Shown piece after piece: positions 54,920-63,239 of a stretch of DNA of 64,000 nt; within the stretch, counting starts at the first letter, position 1; every line of letters begins with the position of its first letter. Source of the stretch: a virus; the IMG/VR virus record IMGVR_UViG_3300044732_001653, positions 7,518 to 71,517 of that record. One strand, 5' to 3'. Below the pieces are notes generated by a model that worked only from the letters and a program-made list of their open reading frames with translations, made no database searches and was not told the DNA's origin. Made by a program: the position numbers and the translations under genes.

Positions 54920-55177
54920 TCAACGCTGCTGCGAGTCAAGGCTCTCCCAGTGGGCCACGAGGTCGGCGTCGCCCAGGAACGACTTCCCGACTTCCTCGTG
55001 CTTGCCGTTGCTGTTGACGTAGCGGGCGAGGATTTCGCCCTTGGCGTTGCGGCGGGCTTGGCACAGGCATACGCCCCCATGGGCGGCGGGGTTGTAGTCG
55101 TCTCGGCCCACCGATCCGGTGTAGCCGGTGATGCAGATCGTCTCCCAGCGGTTCGTCAACTTGGCTTTCGTCGTCAT
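54920..55177 (-). CDS. Early-array hypothetical protein
   Basis: 'GYTGSV..NPAAHGGV..VNSNG.H.E'. Confidence 0.65.
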   Translation of the reverse strand: MTTKAKLTNRWETICITGYTGSVGRDDYNPAAHGGVCLCQARRNAKGEILARYVNSNGKHEEVGKSFLGDADLVAHWESLDSQQR

Positions 55178-55281
55178 GGTCACCGTCTCCTAGGTTTCGT
55201 GCCGTCCCCCCGCACCGGGGGTCTAGTGTCTCTCGTCTCGGCCACCCCGGCAACGCGCCGGGGTTTCCATGGTCGGGGGTG

Positions 55282-55851
55282 TCAGTCTGCCGGCCACCAA
55301 GCGGGGCGACCGCCGCCGTCGAACGCCCACGGGCAGGCCGCTCGCAGTCTCGCCCAACAGCCGGAGTGATCGGCCGCAATGGGCAGGTAGTCGATTCGCT
55401 CATACTCCCAGCCGACAATCGCCGCCGACGCCCCACGCAGGCCGGCCGCCCGCAGCATATTGGCCGCCGCGGCTATCCTCCCCGTGGCTCGCGGCGTCTT
55501 CGCCAGTTGTGCCGGCCAGCAGTAGAAGAGATGGTCAACGAACTCACTCCAGCGATCGCCCCACGAATACGACCAGTCCGGCGGATCGGTCGGAAGACCG
55601 CCCACGTCCAGCCGGAAGCGGATTTCCTCGCGGTCGGCGGCGGGGAGCCGGTCGTCGTGGAGCAGCCGACGGGCGACATTGCAGCCGAGGGTGGGGTGCC
55701 ACTCGTAATGACTGCAAGATGCTTCCAGCTTCATCGCGATCGCGATCAATTGCGTTCCCGTGAGCCGCTCCCACCTCGCCGCCTCGTCTGTGTAGACCAG
55801 GATCGCGTTGCGTTCGCCTGCGGACATCATCATCGTCTTCATCGTTCCCAT
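55282..55851 (-). CDS. Early-array hypothetical protein
   Basis: GAGGAAA RBS; flanked by repeat elements. Confidence 0.6.
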   Translation of the reverse strand: MGTMKTMMMSAGERNAILVYTDEAARWERLTGTQLIAIAMKLEASCSHYEWHPTLGCNVARRLLHDDRLPAADREEIRFRLDVGGLPTDPPDWSYSWGDRWSEFVDHLFYCWPAQLAKTPRATGRIAAAANMLRAAGLRGASAAIVGWEYERIDYLPIAADHSGCWARLRAACPWAFDGGGRPAWWPAD

Positions 55852-55926
55852 GATCGTCGTTTCCTCGTTCGGGGGTTAGGGGGTCCATCGGCCGGAGTGG
55901 CCGGTGGACGTTGGTACGGTCGGGGG

Positions 55927-56430
55927 TCAGTCAGCGGCCGAGATTTCTTCCCACACGGTCGGGCGGTTTGCTTTGAGCCAGTCCAGTGCTTCGTCTTGGT
56001 TTACGTCGACCTCAAACCCGACGCCCGCAAGCCGGCAATAGTCGAGAACTTCCCCCACCTGCGGGTTGTCCGTCGAATCGATAGCGACGCCGTCGGCCGC
56101 TTCGCTATATCCCCAGCCTTCTGCCGCCAATTCTTCGATCTCGTCAGACGAAGCGGACGCGAGCCATTGGGCACCATCAAACGTGACTTCCTTGCGGTAG
56201 TCGTCGGAGTGAACCTTTGCCCGCACGAACACCGGGCATACCTCGGGAGGAGCCGGGGCGCCAGGATCTTTGGCGAGAATGCGGTCTAATACCATGGTCG
56301 AATCGCAGTCACAGCAATGCGGAACATCGTCGAGGCCAGCCGCGGCGACCGTGTCTTCGTCAAAGCATTCCGGGCACCGAAAAACAACTTGGGCGCTGGT
56401 GGCGTCGATCTCTTTCCATTCTGGTTCCAT
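55927..56430 (-). CDS. Early-array Zn-ribbon acidic protein
   Basis: CPEC..CCDC; 'VHSDD..V.FD..WL'. Confidence 0.65.
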   Translation of the reverse strand: MEPEWKEIDATSAQVVFRCPECFDEDTVAAAGLDDVPHCCDCDSTMVLDRILAKDPGAPAPPEVCPVFVRAKVHSDDYRKEVTFDGAQWLASASSDEIEELAAEGWGYSEAADGVAIDSTDNPQVGEVLDYCRLAGVGFEVDVNQDEALDWLKANRPTVWEEISAAD

Positions 56431-56519
56431 CGTCTGGGTTCCTTTGGTTGTGGGCATCGACGCGGCGCCGCTGCCCGTTTCGTCGTTCCGGGGGTCGTTC
56501 GTTTCTACGGTCGGGGTAT

Positions 56520-56768
56520 TCAGGCTCGCCCCTCGGCCAGCGCCCTCATGTCGTCAATCAATCCTTGATTCGCCCCGCGCAGCGAGGCCGATTGTTTCGC
56601 CCGCAGCGCGTCGATTGCTTTCCGCAAGTCGGCCGCGTCAGTACCTAGCTGGCACTGGACAAAGCACGGGGCTGTTATCTGTTTCGCGCCCGAGGCGGCT
56701 TCAAGCGTGGACAGCAAGCCGTTAGCGCGTTCGATGACTCGCTCAGTCAACTGTTTCTGAGATGGCAT
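56520..56768 (-). CDS. Early-array hypothetical protein
   Basis: AAAGGAACCC RBS. Confidence 0.6.
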   Translation of the reverse strand: MPSQKQLTERVIERANGLLSTLEAASGAKQITAPCFVQCQLGTDAADLRKAIDALRAKQSASLRGANQGLIDDMRALAEGRA

Positions 56769-56855
56769 GGTTAGGGTTCCTTTGTCTCGGGGTTCCTACG
56801 GTCGGGGGGGCGCCGCCGACGTTGACGGCGCCCCGTTGCTACGGTCGGGGGTCAA

Positions 56856-57059
56856 TCAGCGGGTACGCACCATCCGATAAATCACGCCCTCGCGATCCTT
56901 GACGCACACCGATTCCCCGGTGTCGAGCGATCGCCAATCCTTTTCCCCCGGCGCACTGACAACCGCCGCGAGCAGGGCGTTATCGGCGGGGACGTCGGCC
57001 AGTCCGAAAACGGGGGAATCGTGTCGGGTATCCAAGAGAGTGAAGGCTTTCGTTTCCAT
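56856..57059 (-). CDS. Early-array hypothetical protein
   Basis: AGGAAACCCCGACA-ATG. Confidence 0.6.
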   Translation of the reverse strand: METKAFTLLDTRHDSPVFGLADVPADNALLAAVVSAPGEKDWRSLDTGESVCVKDREGVIYRMVRTR

Positions 57060-57152
57060 TGTCGGGGTTTCCTGTTGGGGGCATCGACGCGGCGCCGCTG
57101 CCCGTTTCCACGTTCCGGGGCATCGGCACGTTGCCGCTGCCCGTTGCTACGG

Positions 57153-57338
57153 TCATTTCGTCGCGGCTAGATACTCGGCCGCCCGCTCTATCTCCGTTTC
57201 TACTGCCGTCGCGGCCCGCTGGTAGCGGTGCTGGTCGATCACGCCGCGATTGCGCAGGTCTGCGGCTTCCGCGAAAGCCGCGTCGGCATTCACGATGGCC
57301 GCGAGGATCGCGCGGGGGGTTTCTGTGGCGGTTGTCAT
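57153..57338 (-). CDS. Early-array hypothetical protein
   Basis: AAGGAACCCCCCGACC-ATG. Confidence 0.6.
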   Translation of the reverse strand: MTTATETPRAILAAIVNADAAFAEAADLRNRGVIDQHRYQRAATAVETEIERAAEYLAATK

Positions 57339-57386
57339 GGTCGGGGGGTTCCTTGTCGGGGGTGGCGGTTATGGCTTGTGGGGTGC

Positions 57387-57884
57387 TTAGTCCGCAAACG
57401 ATCCGAAAGCCTGACAGTAGGACAAGAGCGTTTCGCCGCTCCCCTCGCCGCCGTAGTGGTGCGTCCACGGCTTCCCCCAGTCTTGCACTTCAAGCCACGC
57501 GCGACTCGGCTCCCCGTGTTCGTCCAGTTCGGCCATTACCCGCACCGCCGGCCCGCCAGTAGCCAACAAGACTTCTACTCGGTCGGCTTGCCAAACGCCG
57601 TCCACCCGCTCCCCGAAAACCCGGATAGACAAAGGGTCTTCCGCGATTCGCTGCTCCGCGGAATCGCGGTCGGCATGATCCCCCGCCGCCGTGTCGAGCG
57701 CCGCCAGTTCGGCCGCGTCTTCCGGGTTTGCTGCCGCCCACGCGGCGGGATCGTCGGCGCTATCGCAATCGGCCCGCAGTTCGTCGCGGCGCTCGAAATC
57801 GCAATTGAGCGCGGCCACCATTTCCGCGATTCCCGCGTAGGCGGGGGCGCCGATTTCCTCAATCCAATTGTTGTCGTTGCTCAT
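57387..57884 (-). CDS. Early-array conserved phage protein
   Basis: 'EDPLS..EVLLATGGPAVR...L..QDWG.PW'. Confidence 0.75.
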   Translation of the reverse strand: MSNDNNWIEEIGAPAYAGIAEMVAALNCDFERRDELRADCDSADDPAAWAAANPEDAAELAALDTAAGDHADRDSAEQRIAEDPLSIRVFGERVDGVWQADRVEVLLATGGPAVRVMAELDEHGEPSRAWLEVQDWGKPWTHHYGGEGSGETLLSYCQAFGSFAD

Positions 57885-57966
57885 GGTCGGGGGTTCCTTT
57901 GTCTATGGTTTCAACGGTCGGGGGGGCATCGGCAACGCGCCGCTGCCCGTTGCTACGGTCGGGGGG

Positions 57967-58371
57967 TCAATAGCTGGGGAGATTGGAGACTGGCCCGGCC
58001 AGACGTACCGTCTGGAGAATGCGGTAGCCCATCTCCTGCGCCGCCTGCGCGGCCGCAGATTCAGACTTACGAATTGTCGCCACGCTAGAACCGCCGTCGG
58101 TTAGGACGCGCCAATCGTCGGCCGATTCTTGCCACACAATCGCGGGCATGGTCGGTGGGGCGTCGGGCATCTGCCGGGCATCCCACAAAGCCGCGCAGGC
58201 GGCCGCGGCAGACGGGTAGACGGTAGGCCATTGCCGCCCGCCACGCTCCACACACCAGCGGCCGCGGCCGCCGATAACGAGCCCGGCAATCCGATAGCCG
58301 TCGGCGGCCGATCGGACAAAGTATCTGCCGGCGCCTACGCGCTCCTTGCTCCACTCGATTGTCGTTGCCAT
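57967..58371 (-). CDS. Early-array hypothetical protein
   Basis: AGGATACCCCGACC-ATG. Confidence 0.6.
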   Translation of the reverse strand: MATTIEWSKERVGAGRYFVRSAADGYRIAGLVIGGRGRWCVERGGRQWPTVYPSAAAACAALWDARQMPDAPPTMPAIVWQESADDWRVLTDGGSSVATIRKSESAAAQAAQEMGYRILQTVRLAGPVSNLPSY

Positions 58372-58450
58372 GGTCGGGGTATCCTGTTTGTGGTTCCATC
58401 GGTCGGGGGCCGGCACCGCGCCGCCCCCCGTTGTCATGGTCGGGGGTCAA

Positions 58451-58960
58451 TCACTCCAAACAGATAGAAGAGCCGCAGATCACTTTTCCGTTTTTCGTAA
58501 TCACCGTTTCGATATCAACGGAGCGATAGCTAGAGACTCCGGCCGGGTACGCGCCAAAGGCGACAAACCCAAGCCCCTCATTACGGGTCTTTATAGAGCC
58601 GCGAGAGTAGGACAGGGTGAGACGAAACCCTGCCAGTAGGAGCGCCGCCACGGTCGGGCCGTGGGTGTGTACAAACTTCGCTTCCGGCACGAACACCCGC
58701 GGCCCGTCGGAATCGGAATCGTCGCCGGGGCGCCCGGTGACACTTGCGGAAATGTCCGTCTCGATAGTGACGATCGCGCAGGCATCGCCGGGGCGCTTTC
58801 CGTCCACCGCCCGGCGAAACTCGCCGCGCCATCCGTTGGCGGCCGTCGCCCAAAATGTCCATCCATCATCGGGCCTGTTTGCTACCCGCCGGAGGAATCG
58901 CTTTCCTTCCGGGGAGTCGATTGAGACGGTATCGAACGTGTCGAGCAGTGTCGTTGCCAT
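58451..58960 (-). CDS. Early-array hypothetical protein
   Basis: AGGAAACCCCCCGACC-ATG. Confidence 0.65.
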   Translation of the reverse strand: MATTLLDTFDTVSIDSPEGKRFLRRVANRPDDGWTFWATAANGWRGEFRRAVDGKRPGDACAIVTIETDISASVTGRPGDDSDSDGPRVFVPEAKFVHTHGPTVAALLLAGFRLTLSYSRGSIKTRNEGLGFVAFGAYPAGVSSYRSVDIETVITKNGKVICGSSICLE

Positions 58961-59044
58961 GGTCGGGGGGTTTCCTGTTTGGTTTCAACGGTCGGGGATC
59001 GTCGCCACGGCTACGCGCCGTGGCTTGTGGGGTAGGTTGTGGAA

Positions 59045-59398
59045 TCAATGAATCCTCGCGCCGCCGCCCATGGCGTGGGGATTGTCCCGGTATTGCCCGT
59101 CGGCGTCCCGGTAGACGAACGGCCGCACAAACCCCGCGTAGGGGTTTCCGCATGATTCGCATACGCTCCCGGTCGATCGTGAGCGGCGCCGGGTAGACTG
59201 CGGCGGGGTAGACCGCTTCCCCGTGGCGTGGCGGCACCGTTTGCATTGGTGGCGGGACGAATTGAAATCATAGGTACGCACAAACTCGCGGCCGCCGGCC
59301 GACGTCGGCACAAAAACGCGGGTTATCCATGAGGCGGCCGGACGGGGAGCGGCTAGCGCCGCTTCCATTGTTCGATAGATCATGATCGGGGTTTCCAT
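59045..59398 (-). CDS. Early-array Zn-finger protein
   Basis: CKRC..CESC; starts at CCCCGACC-ATG. Confidence 0.6.
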   Translation of the reverse strand: METPIMIYRTMEAALAAPRPAASWITRVFVPTSAGGREFVRTYDFNSSRHQCKRCRHATGKRSTPPQSTRRRSRSTGSVCESCGNPYAGFVRPFVYRDADGQYRDNPHAMGGGARIH

Positions 59399-59468
59399 GG
59401 TCGGGGTTTCTACGGTCGGGGGGGCGCCGCCGACGTGACGGCGCCCGTTGCTATGGTCGGGGGGTGGG

Positions 59469-59873
59469 TCAATCGGGGGAGAAATAAATCAAGCCATCGT
59501 CGCCGGGGTAGACGTCAACGACGCCGAATGAATGCGCCGACGCGGTCAATCTCTCGCCGGATTCCTCCGGCCAGTCTCCATCCCAAAAGCCGGCGCCGTG
59601 GTGGTTTCTGGTCAAGAAAAAATCATGGCCGGCGCGCTCTTCCGGGGAGTAGTCCGGCCCACAACGGACGGGGCCGCCGTCGATATCCTCCCGGTTAGCC
59701 GCCGCAAATGCGGCGCAGTCTCGCCGCGCTTTATCGAGCGCGGCCGGGGCAAAATCATCGACAGTAAACCGCGAGTCGAGAGGGTTTCCGTTTTCATCGG
59801 TAGACGCCCAAAGGGCCGTTTCTAGGTACGCGGGCAGGATGGCGGCGGCGGTCTGGTCTGGTGTCGTTTCCAT
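59469..59873 (-). CDS. Early-array conserved phage protein
   Basis: 'AYLETALWAS..DC..F..AGHDFFLTRNHHGAGFWD..YPGDDG.IY'. Confidence 0.8.
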   Translation of the reverse strand: METTPDQTAAAILPAYLETALWASTDENGNPLDSRFTVDDFAPAALDKARRDCAAFAAANREDIDGGPVRCGPDYSPEERAGHDFFLTRNHHGAGFWDGDWPEESGERLTASAHSFGVVDVYPGDDGLIYFSPD

Positions 59874-59947
59874 GGTCGGGGGGTTTCCTATGGTTGGGGG
59901 CATCGACGTGGCGCCGCTGCCCGTTTCGTCGGTCGGGGGGGGGTAAT

Positions 59948-60565
59948 TCAGGCTTCCGGCGAATCGCCGCGGGCGATGGCCGCCGCGAGTTTCCGCGCGC
60001 CGGTAACGGTTCGGGCCGTCCTAACAAGCCATCCGGCGGGATGGTGGGGGGAGCGTCGAACCATATAGACGCCGTTTTCCCGGCTAATCGTCGCGGCATT
60101 GCCGCGGCGGGTTATGGTTTGCGTTAGGCCGCAGGAAAAGCCGTAAGGGGTCGGCGTACCGTCGGCGGCCGCGGTTGTGGTGTTTACGGTCGGGGGGGAG
60201 ACTCGCCGACGTCGCAAGCGCAGAATCATCCCCGGCCCCTGCCCCCGGCCGTACCATCGGGCGCCGTCAAACGCGGTGACGTCGACAGTACAGTAGCCGT
60301 ATGAATTGCCGCCGATACGGCCGACGTGATGACGGGAATACGTCACGCGCCCGACGATCCCCCCCGGCCATGTCTGGACGGTTTTACCGTCGGCGGAAAG
60401 GTAGCCGGTAAACCTGTCATGCCCGGCCATATATTCGCGCTCCCGACGGGTGGAGCAGGGGTAGCATACTTTCCGGCCGTCTCCATCTAGAGCGTATCCC
60501 GTGGGGCCGACGGTATCGGGTTTGGCAATCGCGGCGCCGCAATCGCGGCAGTGTGTCGCTTCCAT
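59948..60565 (-). CDS. Early-array protein, apparent fusion of two units
   Basis: N-part 'CRDCG..TGYA..VCYPC..GYLS..TWPG..WYG.G'; C-part 'TPYGFSCG'; repeat motif at the junction. Confidence 0.65.
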   Translation of the reverse strand: MEATHCRDCGAAIAKPDTVGPTGYALDGDGRKVCYPCSTRREREYMAGHDRFTGYLSADGKTVQTWPGGIVGRVTYSRHHVGRIGGNSYGYCTVDVTAFDGARWYGRGQGPGMILRLRRRRVSPPTVNTTTAAADGTPTPYGFSCGLTQTITRRGNAATISRENGVYMVRRSPHHPAGWLVRTARTVTGARKLAAAIARGDSPEA

Positions 60566-60668
60566 AGCCGGGGGTTTCCTGTTTGGGTTTCCATGGTCGG
60601 GGGCATCGGCTACGCGCCGCGGCCCGTTTCTACGGTCGGGGGTCGATCGAATGACTAGCGGGGTAGGC

Positions 60669-61016
60669 TCAATCGTAGTTTCCGCGCTCCACGATATCGC
60701 CCCATGATCCGACGGCCCAACGGCCGCGGCCGGTCGGGCGCCCCGACTCGTTGACGCCGTCGATGTACAGAATCGTCGGGGTATAGGTATCGCCCGTGTT
60801 TGCATATTCAATCGACGGGGAACGGGCGCCGCGGCCGGGGGGAATCAATTCGGCGCCGTAACAGCCGGGCAAAGTGGCGCTAATACTTTCCATGGTGTTA
60901 GTGACGAATCGCGGCCGGGTTTGTTCGTGTTGTTCCATGAGCCGTCTAACGGCCCGCGCGCATTCAATCGAAACGGAAAGCCGCGCGGAAATCGTCTTAG
61001 GGGTAGGTATTGCCAT
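60669..61016 (-). CDS. Early-array conserved phage protein
   Basis: 'YGAE..EYANTGDTY.PTI....VGSWGDIVE'. Confidence 0.75.
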   Translation of the reverse strand: MAIPTPKTISARLSVSIECARAVRRLMEQHEQTRPRFVTNTMESISATLPGCYGAELIPPGRGARSPSIEYANTGDTYTPTILYIDGVNESGRPTGRGRWAVGSWGDIVERGNYD

Positions 61017-61069
61017 GGTCGGGGGGGTTCCTTTGTCTAGCGGGAGGATGAATTGCGGGGCCGTCAACG

Positions 61070-61333
61070 TCAGCCGGGGAAGGAAATGAAATGAGCTTGC
61101 GCACCGCCGGGGCCGGGCAAACAGCCGGTTCCTCCAATCGTCGCGCCCGGCCACAGTTTGGCCGCCAATTCGGCCGCGGCGGTATCATGGTTCCCGTCGG
61201 CGGATAGCTCATGGCGATAGCCGCAGTAAATCCGGCGGCCGCTACCAGACGTGGCGCTAATCCTGCTCCCGCGGGTATCGGTCGGGCCGTGGAACCGGGT
61301 AACAATGACGGGAACGGTTTTCGGGCTTGTCAT
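61070..61333 (-). CDS. Early-array conserved phage protein
   Basis: 'IVTRFHGPTDTRGSRISAT..Y.HELS..NH..AA..L'. Confidence 0.75.
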   Translation of the reverse strand: MTSPKTVPVIVTRFHGPTDTRGSRISATSGSGRRIYCGYRHELSADGNHDTAAAELAAKLWPGATIGGTGCLPGPGGAQAHFISFPG

Positions 61334-61398
61334 GGTCGGGGGGTATCCTGTTTGGGGTTTCCACGGTCGGGGGGTCGGGGTTTCATCGCACGGGGGTA

Positions 61399-61428
61399 AA
61401 TCTAAGATAACCTATCGGCAGACGTCAA
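61399..61428 (-). promoter_or_regulatory. Early promoter driving the cassette array
   Basis: Minus strand TTGACG-N18-TAGATT. Confidence 0.7.
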
Positions 61429-61522
61429 GCGGAATATTTAGGGGCCGGGTTTTTCGCGGTTTCTACGCTCGTTTCCACGGTCGGGGGGGTATCGTTTCCA
61501 CGGCCGGGGGGGCTTCGTTTCT

Positions 61523-61794
61523 ACGGTCTCGGGATGATCGGCAGTCCTGTCCCCGGTGACTCGGGCGCCCACGGCGGCCACGAGCCCCCGACGGTCTCGG
61601 GATGATCGGCAGTCCTGTCCCCGGTGACTCGGGCGCCCACGGCGGCCACGAGCCCCCGACGGTCTCGGGATGATCGGCAGTCCTGTCCCCGGTGACTCGG
61701 TCGCCCACGGCGGCCACGAGCCCCCGACGGTCTCGGGATGATCGGCAGTCCTGTCCCCGGTGACTCGGGCGCCCACGGCGGCCACGAGCCCCCG
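61523..61794. repeat. 68-bp tandem repeat x4
   Basis: Copies start at 61523, 61591, 61659 and 61727; one substitution in copy 3. Confidence 0.97.
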
Positions 61795-61803
61795 GGGAAA
61801 GGA

Positions 61804-62214
61804 TCAAACGCAATCCCAGACTAGTTTCCCGTCGGCGTCGTATACCGATACGTTACCATGGCAATTTACCATGATGAAATCATCATCCGCCGGAAGGGTT
61901 TCGGGGAAATCGTCATACTTTGTCAATTCGTCTAGTTCAGACCAGCTAGGCCAGAAACCAAAATCACTACCATCCCCTTCGTGAGCGCCAAAGTAAGTGT
62001 AGGGGAGCGCCAATTCGTTCAGGATATCCTCCAGCGCGGAAATGATTTCCCCGGATTCATCATCGATGAATCCATAGGATTCAATATCCTTGACTCTTTC
62101 AAGGAAAGTAGAATCGTCAGCCTGTTTTTCATCGGCAAGGCGAAGCGCGCATGCCAGAAACGATTCAAACAAGTCTTCCGGCCGTAGTGTACCGTGGGAA
62201 ATGGAACCAATCAT
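61804..62214 (-). CDS. Early acidic conserved phage protein
   Basis: 'GSISHGTLRPEDL..F..L..YFGAHEGDGSDFGFW..VNCHGNV'. Confidence 0.75.
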   Translation of the reverse strand: MIGSISHGTLRPEDLFESFLACALRLADEKQADDSTFLERVKDIESYGFIDDESGEIISALEDILNELALPYTYFGAHEGDGSDFGFWPSWSELDELTKYDDFPETLPADDDFIMVNCHGNVSVYDADGKLVWDCV

Positions 62215-62264
62215 TGTGGGAATCCTTTGTCTAGTGTGGTGGAAAGTGTGGGGGGGGAAGGAAA

Positions 62265-62741
62265 TCAATCGCGGTTTTTTGGGGCTTTGTATCTGGCAAG
62301 GCGATAGCGTTTCTTGACGTCACCAATCTTGGAAAACGTCAACGGATAGCTATCAAGGTTTTCCCATCCATGGTATTCCCCAATAGCCTCATATCCGCGC
62401 GCCAGATCGACAGGGTCGGAAGAACAAAGTAGCGCCGTCAATTCTCCCTGTTCCATTCCCGTATACTGTTCGACACTGTCGATGGAATCGGCAAACCATT
62501 CCGGGGAATGCGGATGAAACTTGTTGGCGGACAGGATACCGTCGGTAACGGTACAGCGTTCCAAGATGAAACGGTAAACAGTCCATTCCCCTCCGCTATC
62601 GGAATCCGGGGGAATGAGTTTTTCCCCCTCCGGCGGATAGACTCCCGTTGAATCGCGAACGATCCATAGTCCGCCGTATTCAATCGGGTTTGTATCGCCA
62701 ATCTGCGCTACAAACTTCCAATTCGGCTTGGCTGTTCTCAT
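62265..62741 (-). CDS. Early conserved phage protein
   Basis: 'GDTNPIEYGG..D.TGVY..E..IG.YHGWENLDSYP'. Confidence 0.7.
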   Translation of the reverse strand: MRTAKPNWKFVAQIGDTNPIEYGGLWIVRDSTGVYPPEGEKLIPPDSDSGGEWTVYRFILERCTVTDGILSANKFHPHSPEWFADSIDSVEQYTGMEQGELTALLCSSDPVDLARGYEAIGEYHGWENLDSYPLTFSKIGDVKKRYRLARYKAPKNRD

Positions 62742-62789
62742 GACGTGGAAATCCTTTGTTTAGTGGGGGAATGAATTGCGGGGGGCTTT

Positions 62790-63200
62790 TCAGACGGCGG
62801 AATCGTTTTCCAACTCGATCGACACTGACTCCAATTCGGAAGAATGTTCGGCAAAGAAACGGACAATGAACGGGGGGAAAAGGTTTTCGGTAGTGTCGTC
62901 TGAATCATCGCGCTGTTTTCCCTGTCGCTCCCGATACTCTCGCGATTCAACGGCGGCCGACAGAAACGCCAACAAAGCGCAGAATGATTTCCGTACCGTT
63001 TCATCGTTCCATTCTTCACCAACTCCCGTGGAAAGAGCGATTTCCGTAAAGGATTTTTTGCCCGGTCGATCGTAGTGTGTGGCGAGAGTACAACGATTGT
63101 CCGCGGAATAATCGTGAAACTCTAGGGAAATCGTACAGTCTGCTACCTTGACGGCCGGCAAAAGTCTGGCGGAAATCATGATGGGGGATTCAAGATTCAT
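62790..63200 (-). CDS. Early conserved phage protein
   Basis: 'ISARLLPA..LLAFLSAAVES..LFP'. Confidence 0.65.
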   Translation of the reverse strand: MNLESPIMISARLLPAVKVADCTISLEFHDYSADNRCTLATHYDRPGKKSFTEIALSTGVGEEWNDETVRKSFCALLAFLSAAVESREYRERQGKQRDDSDDTTENLFPPFIVRFFAEHSSELESVSIELENDSAV

Positions 63201-63239
63201 TTTTTGGGTTTCCTTTGTTGGGGGAGTGTTGGGGGGATA

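Larger units (their letters stand above)
53044..61510 (-). repeat. Dispersed strand-polarised repeat CCCCGACC(A/G)T(G/A/T)G(C/A)AAC with associated hairpins
   Basis: About 30 exact GGTCGGGG on + strand counted by eye plus about 10 variants; same orientation, nearly all intergenic or at start codons. Confidence 0.92.

Noticed and set aside
61438-61813. Repetitive ORFs across the tandem repeats (also 63532-63942)
   Set aside because: Open frames are by-products of stop-poor GC-rich repeats; no RBS or protein-like features
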